NCBI GenBank assembly: GCA_010405405.1
Contig: MU004234.1
Location: 106,993 to 170,992 of the forward strand
Length of the DNA: 64,000 nucleotides
Source: Microthyrium microscopicum
Taxonomy: Eukaryota
Reading direction: 5' to 3'
In this document: positions 39,682 through 52,857 of the stretch, piece after piece
Position numbering within the stretch: the first letter of the stretch is position 1
Layout: the number at the start of each line of letters is the position of its first letter
Made by a program: the position numbers and the translations under genes
Notes under the pieces: generated by a model
Told to the model about the DNA's origin: nothing
The model's input: the letters and a program-made list of their open reading frames with translations, nothing else
The model's database searches: none

Positions 39682-40290
39682 TCAACTCTCAAAGGAAAGG
39701 ACATCATCATCACTCTCCTCATACCGCACTAGACTCACCACATCCCAATCCCACACTTCCATCGAACAGATATCCTCCCACTCACCCCAATCTTTCCCAT
39801 CATCTTCCTCTGACAATCCACGGATTCGATACGCTTGCTGATCCCGACGAGTCAGATCAGACATCTCCGCCTCATACTCCGCCCAATCTTCACAAAACGG
39901 CATGGCGTATGGCACAAAGACAGACAGTCCATCGTTACGCGCAAAGCACTTATCGCGAGGATCTTCCACGTCGCCACACTCCTCGGAGCCTTCTGCAGCG
40001 TAGTGACGAGCATTGGCACCTTCACGGGTCGATTTGATCATTTTCTTGTATCGCTTTTCGCGCTTGTAAGGACATCGGCCGCGGTGGTGTTCGCCTCCAC
40101 GACAAACGCGTCCTTTGCGATATTTGAAAAAGAAGTCTCGTTTTGACATTTCAACGTCCCGGGACTCTGTTGGGTACGGTTCGAGATATTTGTTCGCACG
40201 ATATTTGTTGTACTTGTACTTGGTATCAACAACGCGTTTGTCTGCGGTGCCGGCACCGCGGAGGTCGGCATAGTCATTGTACGCAGCCAT
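39682..40290 (-). CDS. Hypothetical protein (basic centre with C..H/C motif, acidic Trp-rich tail)
   Basis: ATG at 40290 within a 300-codon ORF; protein-like composition. No family recognised. Confidence 0.55.
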   Translation of the reverse strand: MAAYNDYADLRGAGTADKRVVDTKYKYNKYRANKYLEPYPTESRDVEMSKRDFFFKYRKGRVCRGGEHHRGRCPYKREKRYKKMIKSTREGANARHYAAEGSEECGDVEDPRDKCFARNDGLSVFVPYAMPFCEDWAEYEAEMSDLTRRDQQAYRIRGLSEEDDGKDWGEWEDICSMEVWDWDVVSLVRYEESDDDVLSFES

Positions 40291-41732
40291 GGGGTTCAAG
40301 TCAGATGTAGCGTCGTCCAGGACGGTTTTGTGGTTGATCTTGATGAATTGATGGGGTGGAGGTTTGCAGAAGGATGGAGGACGAGTAGGGGCGGTTATGC
40401 AGCTTGTGAGTGAAAGAGGTTGAGTGAAATTCTTGGTCAAGGTCACCAAGCCAGCAACTGGTGTTCCATGGTCACCTCCATCAAGAGATTTGGTTTGCCC
40501 GAATAAAGAGATCCGCCCATTGCAGTCGAAACTACAGGGTGGTTTTCGTGCTGGTGAAGACGTTGCGGCTGTCCATTTTTGCATTTGGCCAGCAGTGCGT
40601 AACTGTATGAAACTGAGGAGACGTCTAGAAAGAAATTTAGGACGATATTGTTCAGTGAGATGGAGGAAATGAGGTATATGAGAAGGTAGAATTGTTTGCT
40701 AATTTAGAATTGTTTGCAATCCAATGGCAATGGGATCACCCCCTTTGATTCCAAAAGAATGGTGAAGGTGACTCCACGCTCGCCAATGTTGTCACTCCAC
40801 AAACAAGAGGAAGTAACATTGTAAACAGAGGATAAATCATGGTCAGGCTCCACCTAATAATGAACAGGAACTTGTGTATCACGAGCGCAACTGCAGCTCG
40901 CTTCCCAGTAGGGAAAGTTCACATTCGTGGTGTAGCCCGAGGAAGAAAGATCACTGGAGCACTTCTCATTGAAAGTTCTTATATTCCTTTCCTTTGATAT
41001 CTATCAGTAATTTGAAATCCTCTATCAACAATAGAGTATGCAATAAATGCCTTATGAACAGCCTTGGGTGGAATGCCTTGCCATTTGAGTCACCTCACTT
41101 TCAGCACAGCCACAAGTTACATTGCTCTCATTTTGGCCATAGAGGGATCACCAACGAGGCTGTCCACATATCCTAGAATATGATTGGGTGGTAGGTCATT
41201 ATTCTCTAACAATTTTCATCTTTCTGTTGACTTTTCACTGATATAAGCGAGGATTGAACCGGGCCAAATTCCTTTTCTTGATCAGATGGCCGTTTCCTTG
41301 AACCCAGAGGAGTAGACGGTCAAGCTGTGAAGGTGCGATTGACATACAGGCGCTCGATCATGAATTGAAAAAGAACAAGAAAGTGCGAATGGCAGCAACC
41401 GTTTCGTATTCGACATGAGTTTGATAGAGGAAAGTGATCAGACGACGAAGCGAGCACTGTTCGTTACCCAGCCATCAAATTGTGATTTTGTGACTGTGGT
41501 GTACTCAACAGTCGGCCAAGATTATGAATCGAGAAATATCAAAACGGAAGCGAAATTCAAGACGGTAGCATCACCAAGTTTTGCAATCTGGTAGTTAATT
41601 AGCTTTGCAAGGCGAAAGACTTTGGCACCAAGGCGGAGCAAACACTTCGCCTTGCCACGTCTTAAAGGCGGAACATTTCTGCTTTAACAGTATTTATTGC
41701 GCTATAAGTCTTCTATCATCTCACATAGAATA

Positions 41733-43029
41733 CTAGTACTTGAGTGATGCCTTGATTGCATCGTATATCCCTTCACTTGTTAGCGACGAGGACTTCTCAA
41801 TAATGGGCATGTATGATTCACTTACGGACAACGTCTGGCAGCGTAAACTTCTCATATGCCAATCCAGTATGTGTGGTCCAGCCAGCCACTCTCTGTACCG
41901 GTGCCTCTAATTTCAGAAAGCATTTCTCTTGTATCGTCGCTGCGACTTCAGCACCAACTCCAGCATTCACCATGCTTTCATGCACAACAACGGCCCTGCC
42001 TGTCTTGTTGACGCTGTCTAAAATGGTCTTTCTATCCCAGGGGTATATCGTTCGTAAATCGATCAGTTCTATCGAAACGTCGTCCATTTCCGCTTCGATC
42101 GCTTTGATGGCCGCGCTGGCTGTATAAAGTGGCGTGCCGTAGGATATCACCGTACAGCTTGTTCCAGGTTTCAGCACTTCCGCTACAGAGAGTGGGAGCT
42201 CATATGCCTCGACCGGCACTTCTTCTCGCGCGGCCCGGTATAATATCTTCGGCTCCATGAAAATCACTGGATCATTGCACGCTATGGCCGCCAATAGCAA
42301 TCCTTTCGCCTGAAAGGGCGACCGAGGAATCACCACTCTTAGTCCAGGGATATGTGTGAATAACGACTCAGGACTCTGCGTATGATATCTATCCACATTA
42401 GAACCACTCATTCACTATTACACACAGCAAACTTACAGTGCTCCATGTCCCACACCACCACATGGCATCCGCACCACCAACCCTCCACATCCCATCCCCG
42501 TCTTTCCCGCACGATACCGCATCTTCGCCGCCTCATTCACCAGCTGATCAAATGCCGGATACACATAATCTGCAAACTGTATCTCCGCCACTGGCTTTAG
42601 CCCTTGTGCTGCCACGCCGATCGCGAAGCCCGCGATACCTTGTTCTGTCAGGGGTGTGTTGAAGACGCGTGCAGTACCATATTCAGTCGCTAGCCCGGCG
42701 CTGCAGCGGAAGACGCCGCCAAAGGCAATGTCTTCGCCGAATACGAGAACACGCTCGTCAGTTGCGAGTGCGTGCCGGAGGGCTGAGTTGACGGCTTCGT
42801 GGAGGGCTAGACGAGTGGTTTTGGAAGATCGTTTGAGGGGTGCTGGTAGCTCACTTTGGGCGAGTGCGCTGGTGGATGTATGGTGTAGGAGAGGTGTTGT
42901 TGAGAAGTCGGTTGGTACGTTTAGTCTGGCGGCTTTGGGTGCTGTGGCGTATGCTCGGGAGAGAGAGATGGGAAGAACGCGGGGGCGGGTGGTGTGGAGG
43001 AGCGTCTGGGTGGGTCGGGAGAGGTTCAT
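41733..43029 (-). CDS. BCKDHB: Branched-chain 2-oxoacid dehydrogenase E1 beta subunit
   Basis: [79 protein letters not shown]. Three exons. Confidence 0.95.
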
Positions 43030-43406
43030 GATGGCAGACGTGTTATTGTATTTCAACAGGAAGCATTGTTCTTGCGTTAGAGAAGAGAAATTGGGATTTT
43101 TGGTGGTGAGGAATGACGATGGAGTTGGTGGTGTTGATCTGAAGCGGCTATCGACGGCTCAGCTGTTGGTTCCATTGTTGTCCAAAAAGTGGATTCTCTG
43201 ATACTGAAAATCTTATAGTGCAGGATGAGAACGCAGAAATATCTGAGTGATAACAGCTCTATTGTCAGCTCGAAAATGTATGTATACAGGGTAGATCAAA
43301 ATTCTGCTGGTCGGGACATAGTTGGGGAAGTTTGAGTATTTCTCATACAATCGTTAATTATGTCTATCAAAATCTTGATATCGCTTTTGGGTATCATACA
43401 AACGAC

Positions 43407-44213
43407 TCAACGCGAGCTTTTCAGCAAGTCCGATATAGTAACTACTTCATACTCACGCTTCTTCAACTCTTGAAGCACGCGATTTAACATAGGAGGTGTC
43501 CAGCTCCTCCTATCGTGACATATAATAATTGAGCCTGGTCTAGCCATACTCAAAATATGCCTTGCATTCACTTTCCACCAACTAATCTGGGGATCGTGAG
43601 GATACACATTACCCAGTACTGGCAAGTAGCCCATCCTATCCAACAGCTTGAGCATTCGAGCTGAGAAGAATCCTGAGCCTGGGCGGAAGTATTTGGGAGG
43701 AGGCAGTCTTTTCCCATCTACGGAGTCATTTGAAGACTCATATGCGTGCTCGATCATTCCCTGCACAGCTCCAATTTGTCCCATCAACGTCTCATCAGAC
43801 AACTGCGCGCTAGGCTCATCGCGCATCGCATGATTACCCAGCTCATGTCCCTCGCTGACTATTTGGCGCAGTATATCCTCGCGCCCTTCTACTTGGCCGC
43901 CGATCACAAAGAAAGTGGCCTTGGCATTGTTGTCTCGCAGTAACTCGAGAATCGCAGGTGTGTATTCCGAAGGCGCATCGTCAATTGTCAGCGCAATGAC
44001 CTTATGATCTGTGTCCACTCGCCACAGCACTTGCGGCCAGCGATGCTGGAAGTATGTGATGAGAAAAGACGGCGGCTTATATATGGAATATAGGGTGAAG
44101 GAGATGGAGGCTAGAACGGCGAGGATGACGAGCATGGTCGCAGCGCGACGTCTACGGGCGCGGCGCTGGAGACGGGAAGGAAGCCGAATGAGGCGAGATA
44201 ATGCGGATGGCAT
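43407..44213 (-). CDS. CE4/NodB polysaccharide (chitin) deacetylase with N-terminal TM anchor
   Basis: ALTIDDAP; ATFF; HELGNH; FRPGSG; IIICHD. Confidence 0.9.
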   Translation of the reverse strand: MPSALSRLIRLPSRLQRRARRRRAATMLVILAVLASISFTLYSIYKPPSFLITYFQHRWPQVLWRVDTDHKVIALTIDDAPSEYTPAILELLRDNNAKATFFVIGGQVEGREDILRQIVSEGHELGNHAMRDEPSAQLSDETLMGQIGAVQGMIEHAYESSNDSVDGKRLPPPKYFRPGSGFFSARMLKLLDRMGYLPVLGNVYPHDPQISWWKVNARHILSMARPGSIIICHDRRSWTPPMLNRVLQELKKREYEVVTISDLLKSSR

Positions 44214-45271
44214 TTGCCCTTGATCGTAGCGGGCTCATTCGAGTTGCTGGAAGGAAATATTGGATGGTTTTGGATGGTTGTTGATCAAGGTGGCGGTAAA
44301 CTTGAGAAGCTCAACAGCAGTGAAGTTGAACGTTCAGGGGTGATCGTTCCTTCACATTGACCTTGCCGGACCGGATCACCCACCACTCTTTCCTTACAAC
44401 TCAAACTTTTACTTGTCAGTAATGGCCAAGGCCAGCGTCCACTTCATTCACGGCGCGCCGGCGCGTAATATCAGTCAATTGAGATAGCGATGGGCGAGTC
44501 AAGATGTCTGCGGAAAAGCGAGTCGCACTGCGAGTTCACCAATTGCGCGCGTAGTCGCTCTATAATGTCTCGAAGGTCATAGATATTATCTCTGTCAAAT
44601 TGCATTTCATGCGTAAAGGCTCGGCTGTTTGAATCACTGAAGACTCAACATGAGGTGAATGTTGTTGGATGAGCAGCAACACTAACCTAATACCGTATCA
44701 ATGTCGTGTCAATTCTACGTACGATTTGCACCACAAATTTCTGGGAGATTTTCTTCGAGGCGTATCCCCACAGATCCGCCCCACAACTGGATCTCGAGCC
44801 GTTTAGTCCATGGCCACGGCACTACTCGCGAATGTCAGTGCTTCCATTGATCTCGTATCCCGATCTCGATAGGTATTGGATCTCACCAAATCCGATCCGA
44901 GACAGGATCGATTTTGGCATATTTGACAGTACAATCGGGCCTGCTCCAGGGTTAAGGCGCCGGCAACATCAGTAATCGTACCCGTAAATAATATCCCCAA
45001 CTCATGGAAGATGCAAGATTGGTTAGTGTTCAAGGGCTTGTCAGGCTGGAGTAGATTAACATAGATGAACATCGATCTGATCATGCAGATATGCTATTGG
45101 CTATTCGCAAAGGACCCTAAGATCAGAAGCTATTATATCGTTCCAGACCACTATACGGGCGAGCTCACAGGGTTGTTTACTGAAGGCGAACATACTTTAC
45201 GATCATGAGTCCCGCAATGGTAAACTGAAACTTGAGTATACCTTTCCTTCGTTCAAAAAGCGTCAGACAAG

Positions 45272-46672
45272 ATGCGAACTTCCAGTCTTTACCTTTTGGC
45301 GTGCGCCGAAACTGTGCTTTCAGCCAGTCTTGGAGAAAGTATCAATTTTGAAAAGCGACAACTAGGTGGATTAATCGGAGGTCTCACAAGTAAGTCGCCA
45401 CAGCTTCCATCATAGAAGTCTGGAGGCTAACAATTCGTAGACGCTGGTTATGGCAAAGTTGCAGATCCCCCTGGACATGCTCCGCGCAAAGAAGAACTCA
45501 AGTCTCCGATGAGCATACCAGGCGTCACTATCAAGCGGGTAAAAATAAGAGCGGGTCCATACAAAGTCCCTGATATGGGCACAAAGTCTGTCACTGGTCA
45601 TTCTGGTATGCTGGAAAGCTACTATGATCCAACGGTACAAAAGCCGTGCGATGGAGACTGTAGCATTTTACAACAAGTCGGTGGTCTAGAATATACCAAT
45701 GGAACAAATGCCAACATTGATACGGGCATGTGGTATGTCATATTGCAAGTCGCTACAAATGGTTTCATTAACGAACTATAGGCTCCATCACATGGTCCAC
45801 TTCAACACCGGCGCGAGAAGGTGGGATCCCGTAGGTCGCGACTGGACGATTTGCCTGCCACATCTCGGCTTTGGTTCGTCGCCTAGTCGTTCTGAGCGAT
45901 ACTTTGTCACAGGAAACGAGCGAACTCCATTCCACTACTACCGCGAAGCCGACAAGACCGCCTATCACCTCGACCCTGCCGACAAGTTTACCTACCTCGT
46001 TGAGTTGATGAATATGAACATGGCGCCACAGACCGTATATGTCACCATGACCTACGATATCATCGAAGGAGCTTTACCCACCGGATGGAAAGAAATAAAG
46101 ACAGTGTTCCTCGACGCCGATTCATGCCGAACCAGCGAAGTACGACCACCAAAGGAAAAGGGCTCTTTCGATATCTCCAGCAAGCCATGGAAGCCGAGTG
46201 TCGAAGGCAAAATCATTGATGCTATTGGACATTTACACGATGGTGGAGTCGGTCTAGATATCAAGGCGACGACATCCGGACCGTTCTGCTCGTTTGATGC
46301 CAAATACTCCGAGAAGCCAGAATATGTGTTCCGCGGTATGGATATGAAGGGTGATAAGACTGCCAAGGACCATATTTCAAGCATGGTAAGTGCAACCTAT
46401 ACCGTTTGATCGTTCCGTGACTGATCTCGTACATTAGGCTGGCTGCTCGACGCCTCAAGACTACAAAGTACCAATGATGAGCAAGAGCCAATCATGGACT
46501 ATCAAAGGCTCGTATGATTATGACAAGAAGGAGGGAAATCTTGAAGGAGGCAAGCAATCTGAGGTTATGGCGATTGCTATTCTTTTAGTCGCTGTCCCAC
46601 CTGGTAAGTTTCTCAACTGGACATTGGAGAGGCTTGTATTGACTTCATTTAGGGCCTCTAAAGCCAGTTTAA
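45272..46672 (+). CDS. Secreted protein with copper-monooxygenase-like His/Met motifs
   Basis: Signal peptide plus KR site; spliced motifs GMWLHHMVH, GNERT, ELMNMN, GHLHDGG, HISSMAGC, SEVMAIA. Five exons; last exon GPLKPV*. Confidence 0.8.
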
Positions 46673-47172
46673 TAACCTGGGTTGTTCATAGAAAGCAGGA
46701 TAACAAATGCATTAGTCTGTTGGTGGGATTGCCATTTTATTTTGTGCTGTCAATAATGATGGGTCGAGCCCAAGTAGGCGCAGAGGCGCTCCTAATGGCT
46801 TTTGTATAAACTGTTTACCGTACCAAAAAGTGAGAATAGTGTAACCGAATTACGTTTGGAGTCATATCAACGGATTGACAAAACAAATAGCGTGCTCCCA
46901 AAACGGAACCCGTCAGCCTTACTCTTTTATTGAGTGCTTTATTTGTGATCGAGGGCGTTTATACTTGAAGGACTCATTAGGTAGAAGGTATTAGCAAGTG
47001 TGACACCTGTCGTCCAAAAGTATTGCTCACAACTCATAACTCTTGAAGTTCATGGGAGAACAACATTTAGCTTGCCATGTCCATACCATGTCGAGAAAAC
47101 CACAATCAGTGCAGAGGAGATGGAAGATCAACGATAGAATATTGATATTACGACTCGACATTTGAAAACTGT

Positions 47173-48735
47173 CTAACTTTCCCCATGGAACCAAGTCCAG
47201 TACATGCTATCGTACAGCTCATCGACCATACATTTCTGGCCTGGTCCCATGACTTGGAGCAGATTCCTCCCATACATAGGCCATTCGTTCCACCAATTTG
47301 TATCGATTCTCACTGTGGTGTTCTCCATGCCATATGACTTCAGTAGATTGCAAAACTTTCGCAATAAGTGCTGTTTCTGCGGCGGATAGAGACATTCCAC
47401 GGATAGCTGCGCATTGACAATGGTGGAATCACGAACTGACCACTCGTCTTGACCTGAAGGATTGTATGGGTATGTGTTGTAGTTGATCTCAATCTCTGAG
47501 TTTTCGAGCTTGATGTTTGTGGAGATGAACTGGAATAGAGCATGAATAGTTTTCCAATCGTCGTCGGTGTTATATCCGGATGGATGTTTCAATTCTTCTT
47601 CTGTCCAGGTAATGCTGCTCCCATAATTTATACGCAAGTCCTTAATAAGATGTAAATGATCTGGATGGATTGATTTGAGTCTGTTTAGAACTCGAAGAGC
47701 CGATCCAGATGCCTTGCAAGGGTTGTGAATATAGAATATCCTCAAGGCCTCCTGACGGATACTGCTGTTCACCGCAAATAGCGGCGAGCTGCGTTGGAGG
47801 TTACATCTGCAGCTGCTGGAGTATGTAAGAATCTGATTACCGCAGAAACAGTCCTCATCTGTACTGAAGGTAAGAAAACCTGCAAGGAGGGGGTAACGGT
47901 TGCGTGGAGGATTCCGATAATTTCGCCCTCCACAGTATCCACAGCATCCGTGACTCTTTTTCGATACCTTGAGATAGCATAAGTCGGAGTTTGCTGATTG
48001 AGGTTCAGATATGAGATTTGTTTGCGCCAGGACCATTGATTGAATCTCAAGCGGAAGCTTTGAGAAAGGAAATGAACTCTTTGGGGTATGAAATCTCTCT
48101 GAAAGTAGTGCTTGACCATGAGTGCTCAAGAGATGTTTGATCCTATGCTGAATGTCTGGCTTGTAGTCGAAAGCTTGGCTTTTGACCACAAATCGTATAG
48201 TAGAAAGTGCCGGTAGTCGGGCTACAGATAGTGCGACTAGCAATTGGATGAGTTCACTTTCCGTTTGCAGACCAGTGCTGAACCTGAAGGTAAAACTTAA
48301 GTCATCCCGATGGTGATATTTCAAGACAGTGGCAAGCCAGGCACAGGCGTCTTGCCAATATTTGAGCTGGTCGTCAAAGTGACCATGATTTTCCTCATCG
48401 TCCTCGGCTCCTGCTTCCAAGCTTAAACTCTGTATATATTTCCAAGCAACAGGCGGCAGCATTTGAGCCTGACGAACGCCCCTTGTAGTGTAAATCTTGA
48501 AGGTGTTTCCCCCATAGTATATTTGCAGCGCTTCGTCGGACAGAGTTCCACAGGTTCGCATGAGAGTGCCAATCTGAGAGATCTTATATCCTTTACTGAG
48601 TAGGGAAGAGGACTTTAATGGCAACAGACACTTTTGAAGCAGGCCGGTGTGACGGAGGATGGAAAGCCGTACATCTTTCGGAAGACTGAGCAAATGAAGA
48701 GCAGGATATGTATTGCCTTCGACGGAAGAATCCAT
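47173..48735 (-). CDS. Hypothetical protein with two F-box/2EXR-like motifs and a Cys cluster
   Basis: 520-aa ORF; LLSLPKDVRLSIL and FPFSKLPLEIQSMVL, each followed by EAL.I(Y/F)Y..N; CCGYC...DCFC...SCRC. Confidence 0.75.
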   Translation of the reverse strand: MDSSVEGNTYPALHLLSLPKDVRLSILRHTGLLQKCLLPLKSSSLLSKGYKISQIGTLMRTCGTLSDEALQIYYGGNTFKIYTTRGVRQAQMLPPVAWKYIQSLSLEAGAEDDEENHGHFDDQLKYWQDACAWLATVLKYHHRDDLSFTFRFSTGLQTESELIQLLVALSVARLPALSTIRFVVKSQAFDYKPDIQHRIKHLLSTHGQALLSERFHTPKSSFPFSKLPLEIQSMVLAQTNLISEPQSANSDLCYLKVSKKSHGCCGYCGGRNYRNPPRNRYPLLAGFLTFSTDEDCFCGNQILTYSSSCRCNLQRSSPLFAVNSSIRQEALRIFYIHNPCKASGSALRVLNRLKSIHPDHLHLIKDLRINYGSSITWTEEELKHPSGYNTDDDWKTIHALFQFISTNIKLENSEIEINYNTYPYNPSGQDEWSVRDSTIVNAQLSVECLYPPQKQHLLRKFCNLLKSYGMENTTVRIDTNWWNEWPMYGRNLLQVMGPGQKCMVDELYDSMYWTWFHGES

Positions 48736-50332
48736 GACGACCTAATTTAATGTTTTCTGGCAGTTATGGCGTGTTGATGGTGATGGGGCCGATGTATTTG
48801 ATGTGCGATAGACCGTTGTGATGAGGTATCGAACAATCAAAAGGGGAACTGATGAAACCCTTCGGGGAGTGGAAAGGAACAAGTCAGTTGGCTTCGGAGA
48901 GCAGTCTTATATGCGATAAATTATAATGGTTGAGTGGAACTCTAGAGTACCATGTTGTAGACCTATAAGCAATCACGGTCCCATTAATGGCACAGTAACA
49001 GGTGCAAAAAATAAAAGGCACAACACGATCGACATATGTCTCCCTAGGGGCCTCGAAGGTTTAATGATGGCACGCAGCATACCAAACCTAGGCAAATTAG
49101 CGGGGGCTACGGCAGTTGTTCAGCCTATCGCTTATAAACCATGACAATAATAACTCTGACCTCGAGGCAGAGAAAGGCTGTCAAGAAGGCTTGATGATGG
49201 AACGTAGTATATCTAAGTCAGCGAAGGTGATGGGGCTAGAGTACGCCATTGTTCTGTCTATGGGTCACCAATCACTATAGTCATAAATCTGGCCTGGAGG
49301 CAGAGTTATCAAAAAGAACCGATTTTGCAAGGTAGCCTTATAGAAAGCTATAAATATTGTAATGCTACTACCACTGCTGCATTTACATTCAGTTTCGTAA
49401 TGCAGAGAAACAGAGGGAGAAGAAGACTTCAAAAAAAGAAAGAACAAAAAGTTCACCACCCAACTCTTTCGAGTCAGATGGTTATGAAAACCAGGCGAAC
49501 TGATTTTGCTTCTATATACAAGGATTTCTTTTTTTTCTCTCTTTTTTTTTCTAGTTTGTCGTTTAGCTTGTCGTGTTATCAAAGGGAATTGAACCCGGAG
49601 CCTGTGTTAGTAGATTGTCGTTTAGCTTTATCTTGTCGAGGTGTATCTTTCTGCATCCGGTTAGAACATTACCAATACCAGCGGGTAACATTCGCGCCTT
49701 CATCTGCTGCACCTTTTTCCCTCGAGGGATCTATAACTTATGAGATTAGTACATCGTAAATTGCGCAGCAAGTGAATATATACTGCATTGACACCCCAAA
49801 AATAAAACGAACCAATTTTCTACCACGCTTTGGATATGAGATGATGTATCTGGAATTTTATGGTAGACATGTAGTTAAATTTGGTAAATCAGCCTTATGA
49901 TGCCGAGGCTGAAAATCATGATTGGTTGGATTTCTATACTCGCACTGCTTTCGCTATTCTATTCTGACTTTGGAGTAACGACAACCGACTGAAGGCGTAA
50001 CAATCTCCTAGAATAACAGGATTTACTTCGCATTGTCCTTGAACATACGAATGGCAGTAGTACTTATTCCTTCTAACATAGCTCAACTGTCAATATACTT
50101 CACGGAATTCTTGAAGAAAAAGGATGTGGCACTAGGTAGTTCACGCAAGACAGAACACAAAAAATGATAAAAGTGCAAGCATTGAAGCTATACAATAAAT
50201 CTACCAGAGAACGGCAAAAACGCAGACGAATGCCCAAGTTCAAACCCAGTCATAGACCAGCAATGCACCCATTTCCATGCGTAACACGTCCAAGCACCAA
50301 CACTGTGCTTTCCCCCTTTTTTCTGTATCCAA

Positions 50333-52019
50333 TCACTGCAGCAAAGGATCGCGGTAATGCTTTTGCATATTGCCCTTCTTGTTCACAGCCCACTGTCGTC
50401 TCGCGTTAAATCGTGCCTCTTCACGTCGCTCCTTCTTCTCCATCGCTTTGACCTGGCGTTTCTTTTGATCGCTGATGCCAATCATGCCCAATCCGCCGTC
50501 CGCACGACTAATGAGCGCACGCGATTTGCGTGGTCCGCGGTCTCGGCCGCGTTGCTCGCCTTCGTCGTCTGAGTTACTGCTACCTTCTGTAAGGAGGCGT
50601 TGAGCGCGCTCGTCAGGGCTTGGATGGCTGTGCAAATTCTGGCGAAAGTACTTCTGATGTGCACGGTGGCCTGCGACACGACCGCTGGGAAGATGCAGCT
50701 CGAATTCGTCATAATAGACTGCGTGAGGCGTGCTGTGCGCATGAGAGTGCCAACCGTCAATTGAGAGATGACGGCTCTTCGTATTGTGTGCGTGGTGACG
50801 GTGGCGGCGCAGGTTTTTGGCCATTTCTTCGCGATCAGGTTCTTCGTAGAGGCGGTCGAGCTCTTCGGTGGGCACGTCTGATATGGTGCTGGCAGATTCC
50901 CAGCCTTCTTCATCGGCTTCATCGCTGTCAAGCTTGACGGTACGGCGGGCGCCGAGTTTGGGTAGAGCTGGTGCATCGGACATTTCCTCGTCTTCATCTT
51001 CATCTTCGGAGAATTCGTCGGCGTCAGAGTAGGTGCTTCGGAAGTCGTAGAATCGTCCGATTGCGAGTTGTTCGCCTTCGGTTTCGTACGCGATTTTGCA
51101 GTGGCCTAGATCGCGCATATGTTGCTTTAGACCGTCTTCAGACCATTTCAACTTGTGGCACGCCAAACATCTCATCTTGTAATAGACCTTTTTGTTGAGA
51201 TGGAGAATCAAGCCGTTCAAGTCGACCAAGTATTTTTGTTCTGGAATAAAGAGGCCATGAGCCTTGGTCATGTGTGCGATATTGCTATCAAGATCTGGAG
51301 AGTATTCGTTACAGAAAAGGCATTCTCTAGAGGCGACAATCTTGGGGTCGACACCGGCTTTCTCAGCTTCTATGGCTTTCAGGTTCTTATCCGGTGATAA
51401 TGGGTGCTCAGGTCGACCACTCCCAGTCGCTGAATGATGTGGACGCGTCGGTCGTCTTGAGACAGGATCCGATTCAGAATCCGAGTCGTTCAAATCAGTC
51501 TTCTTAATACCGTTCACGACCTGCTCAAATTCTTCCTCTGCATCCTCATCGATACTCTCGCCCGGTCGAGCATTGCCAGCACCAGCGATGCTGAATGTTG
51601 AGCTCATGATTGATTTGGTGTCTTCTTGGGCATCGTTGTGAGAGTTTCCGGCGTTAACCTTATGTTTGGCACTTCCAAGATGATTGCTGAAGGCGTTTTC
51701 ACTGAAGTAGGTTTTCTGGCAAGGTTCGCAGGTCTTTTTGAAGGAAGCGTGAGCAGCAGTGGCGGCAGCGTCGGCTTTGCTTGCGAGAACCTTTTCGGCA
51801 AAAATTTCAGAGGATAGAGGAGGAAGTGAAGCTACGCGACGCTTGAGGTTATACCGACTATACAGCTTGGTTAGAAAGTGGCAAATTTTGTCAAGCAATT
51901 TTGCGGAAGAGCACTTACTGCCAGTCACTTTGCATATGAGTTCGTTGAAGGTCGCTGGATTTGAAAGCGACCTGACACGAGTTACAAGTGAAAGGGTGAG
52001 TAGATTGTGTAGACGCCAT
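50333..52019 (-). CDS. REI1: Cytoplasmic pre-60S maturation zinc-finger factor
   Basis: MASTQSTHPFTCNSCQVAF...HMQSDWH|RYNLKRRVASLPP; CLFC..HM...HGLFIP; ends HYRDPLLQ. Confidence 0.95.
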
Positions 52020-52857
52020 GGTGAAAGTGTTTTTTGGTATGAGTTCGTTGTTGGGTAGTTTGCGGAATGGAAGTGGTTGCTTGGAGGGGATTTTATGGCT
52101 GCTGGGTGTGGGGTGTTGATGTGGGGAGGGAGACTGGAGCAGCGTAGGTTTGGCGGATGGCGATGATGGTACCGCGATTGACTACCAGTAGGATTCTCAC
52201 GGCTGGCAGTGTTGAGATATAGTAATAGAAGATTAGACGGAAGTAAGAGTTTTGGATTGGAGATCAGAGGTGTAGGTGAGAGAAGTGAGGTTGGGCAACT
52301 TGATTGATGAGGATCATGGACCGCCGCTGACAAAACATGGACGCTGAGTAGTGACTTCCATTTCTTGCGCCGAGGACTCTCAACATCCCTGCATGCGTGG
52401 CGTCATTGCTTTTTTGGTCCATTCAATGTTGTTCCTGAATCCTGTCTTCGTCCGACTTATTTCCAGTATCAACATCAAGATGCTTCCACCTTCCTAATTC
52501 CCTCTCTTCACATTCCCATCTCTAAACCGCTGATCCCGACTTATCCGTTGAGCTCAAAAGTCTTGTTCATGGTGTTGTGTCTCATTACTACGATACCATG
52601 ATGTCTCTATCAAGACGCGTCGGCTGTCAATCGACGCGTTTCCACCCTCAAACGGCGACAGGTGATGGCCATAATAATCTGTATGAATAGGTAGGCCTAT
52701 GATCTATATCACGATGTTTATCTGCAAGAGCATGGAAAGTTTCAGTTTGCAATCATCGGATACACCTTCTAGAATTATCAACCAGCTGAAGTCTTATCAA
52801 AACAACCGCCGTTCCTTTGAAGGACTAACCAAACAATCCAGCTCAGTTGTTCTCGCG

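Noticed and set aside
41245..41270. tRNA gene suggested by GGTTCAATCC on the - strand
   Set aside because: No A box or cloverleaf could be built around it.
6549..44213. Cell-wall gene cluster (two GH16, GT8, CE4)
   Set aside because: Scattered over 38 kb among unrelated genes; these families are common.
52020..52333. N-terminal extension of the 666-aa REI1 ORF
   Set aside because: The true first exon, with the C2H2 finger, starts at 52019 in another frame and is spliced. The extension is 5' UTR and intron readthrough.
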